From the IMG/VR virus record IMGVR_UViG_3300037781_000079, positions 6,489-70,488 of that record: a DNA stretch of 64,000 nt, one strand, 5' to 3'. Source of the DNA: a virus (taxonomy: Duplodnaviria; Caudoviricetes). Positions within the stretch are counted from its first letter, which is position 1. Every line of letters begins with the position of its first letter. Below the pieces are notes generated by a model that saw only the letters and a list, made by a program, of their open reading frames with translations, had not been told where the DNA came from and ran no database searches. The position numbers and the translations under genes are program-made. This document shows positions 63,393 through 64,000 of the stretch, one piece after another.

Positions 63393-63817
63393 GGTCGCGG
63401 GGTTAGGGATTGTTTCCAGTCGGGTACGGGCGGAGCTTTGAAATCAAAGTAGTCAGTACGATTTGACCAACATTTATCTTGTAAAATCGGTTTAGCTCCG
63501 TACCAATACCAAGAACCAACTGCGTCCATTGCAGCCCAATTCACCCACTCAGGCGCATCCTTCCAATACTCATCAGGGAGTTTGTTCGGGTCGGTTGCTC
63601 GGTCACTTGCTCGGTCGCTTGTCCGGTCATCATCAAACGGGCAATGCTTAGCGCGTTCGTCGGCGGCGATAACTGCGTATTCGTAAGCGTATTTTACCTT
63701 TTCTTGAGGTTCTAAATGCCAATAGGGTTGCATCCCCTGATTCACATCTATGCTATTCGAGTACATACCGTTCAGAACGGATACAAACACCTTGTCAATA
63801 AACTCTTGTCGTGTCAT
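63383..63817 (-). CDS. hypothetical two-module protein
   Basis: C-part WKDAPEWVNWAAMDAVGSWYWYGAKP resembles a common phage family; DRTS/DRAS/DRAT linker repeats. Confidence 0.7.
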   Translation of the reverse strand: MTRQEFIDKVFVSVLNGMYSNSIDVNQGMQPYWHLEPQEKVKYAYEYAVIAADERAKHCPFDDDRTSDRASDRATDPNKLPDEYWKDAPEWVNWAAMDAVGSWYWYGAKPILQDKCWSNRTDYFDFKAPPVPDWKQSLTPRPCK

Positions 63818-64000
63818 CCGAAATACTTTTTGAATAGTTCAACTTGCTTTTCTTTTTCGGTATATCCAGCAGCATCCCGAGCATAATCCTCCGCAGCATC
63901 CCGAGTAGCCTCCGTAGCATCCCACGCAGCGTCCCCCGCAGCACCCGCAGTACCCCTCGCAGCGTCCCCCGCAGCACCCGCAGCAGCACCCGCAGCAGCC
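63814..64000 (-). CDS. C-terminal part of Ala-rich repeat protein (AAWDAA-type), truncated by window edge
   Basis: Manual translation ...AAAGAAAGAAGDAARGTAGAAGDAAWDATEATRDAA...EKQVELFKKYFG*; ATGA-coupled to 63817. Confidence 0.75.
   Translation of the reverse strand, partial: AAAGAAAGAAGDAARGTAGAAGDAAWDATEATRDAAEDYARDAAGYTEKEKQVELFKKYFG

Noticed and set aside
1-64000. Window is a complete circular genome
   Set aside because: Joining 64000 to 1 gives no start for the Ala-rich ORF, so sequence is missing

Overview
The whole window reads as part of a tailed dsDNA phage genome in the standard genetic code. The host is most likely Bacteroidota/Flavobacteriia, based on TAnnTTTG-type promoters, A-rich SD-less starts, a Bacteroidota-style DnaB N-terminus and a DUF5675 lysin. 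Layout: (i) a leftward early arm of small ORFs (11-5367); (ii) a ~1.7 kb non-coding divergence region (5368-7110) with two host-type promoters, a long structured leader ending in a tRNA-like fold, many short repeats and candidate packaging/origin signals; (iii) a rightward late arm (7111-44937) with HNH, large terminase, portal, scaffold, major capsid, three ring-like proteins, a 1674-aa muzzle-like protein, 209/710/3073-aa putative ejected proteins and tail fibres, resembling crAss-like (Crassvirales-type) podovirus gene order; (iv) a leftward arm (44881-64000) with lysis genes, accessory genes, tRNA-Ile2(CAT) and tRNA-Arg(CCT), SSB, a nuclease, DnaB, an initiator-like protein, a Rad52-like annealing protein and more early-type genes. 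No integrase, DNA polymerase, RNA polymerase motif, reverse transcriptase or CRISPR array was seen; the genome continues past 64000 (mid-gene) and probably before position 1. Best leads: the ~830-nt structured leader with a tRNA-like 3' end and switchable pairings, a DUF1508-Acb2/Tad1-like fusion, a domain cassette flanked by 24-bp direct repeats inside the 3073-aa protein, a crAss-like virion module lacking an obvious virion RNAP, a membrane-anchored DUF5675 lysin, and a second structured RNA at 62.7-63.1 kb. All family assignments are from visual motif recognition, not database searches.
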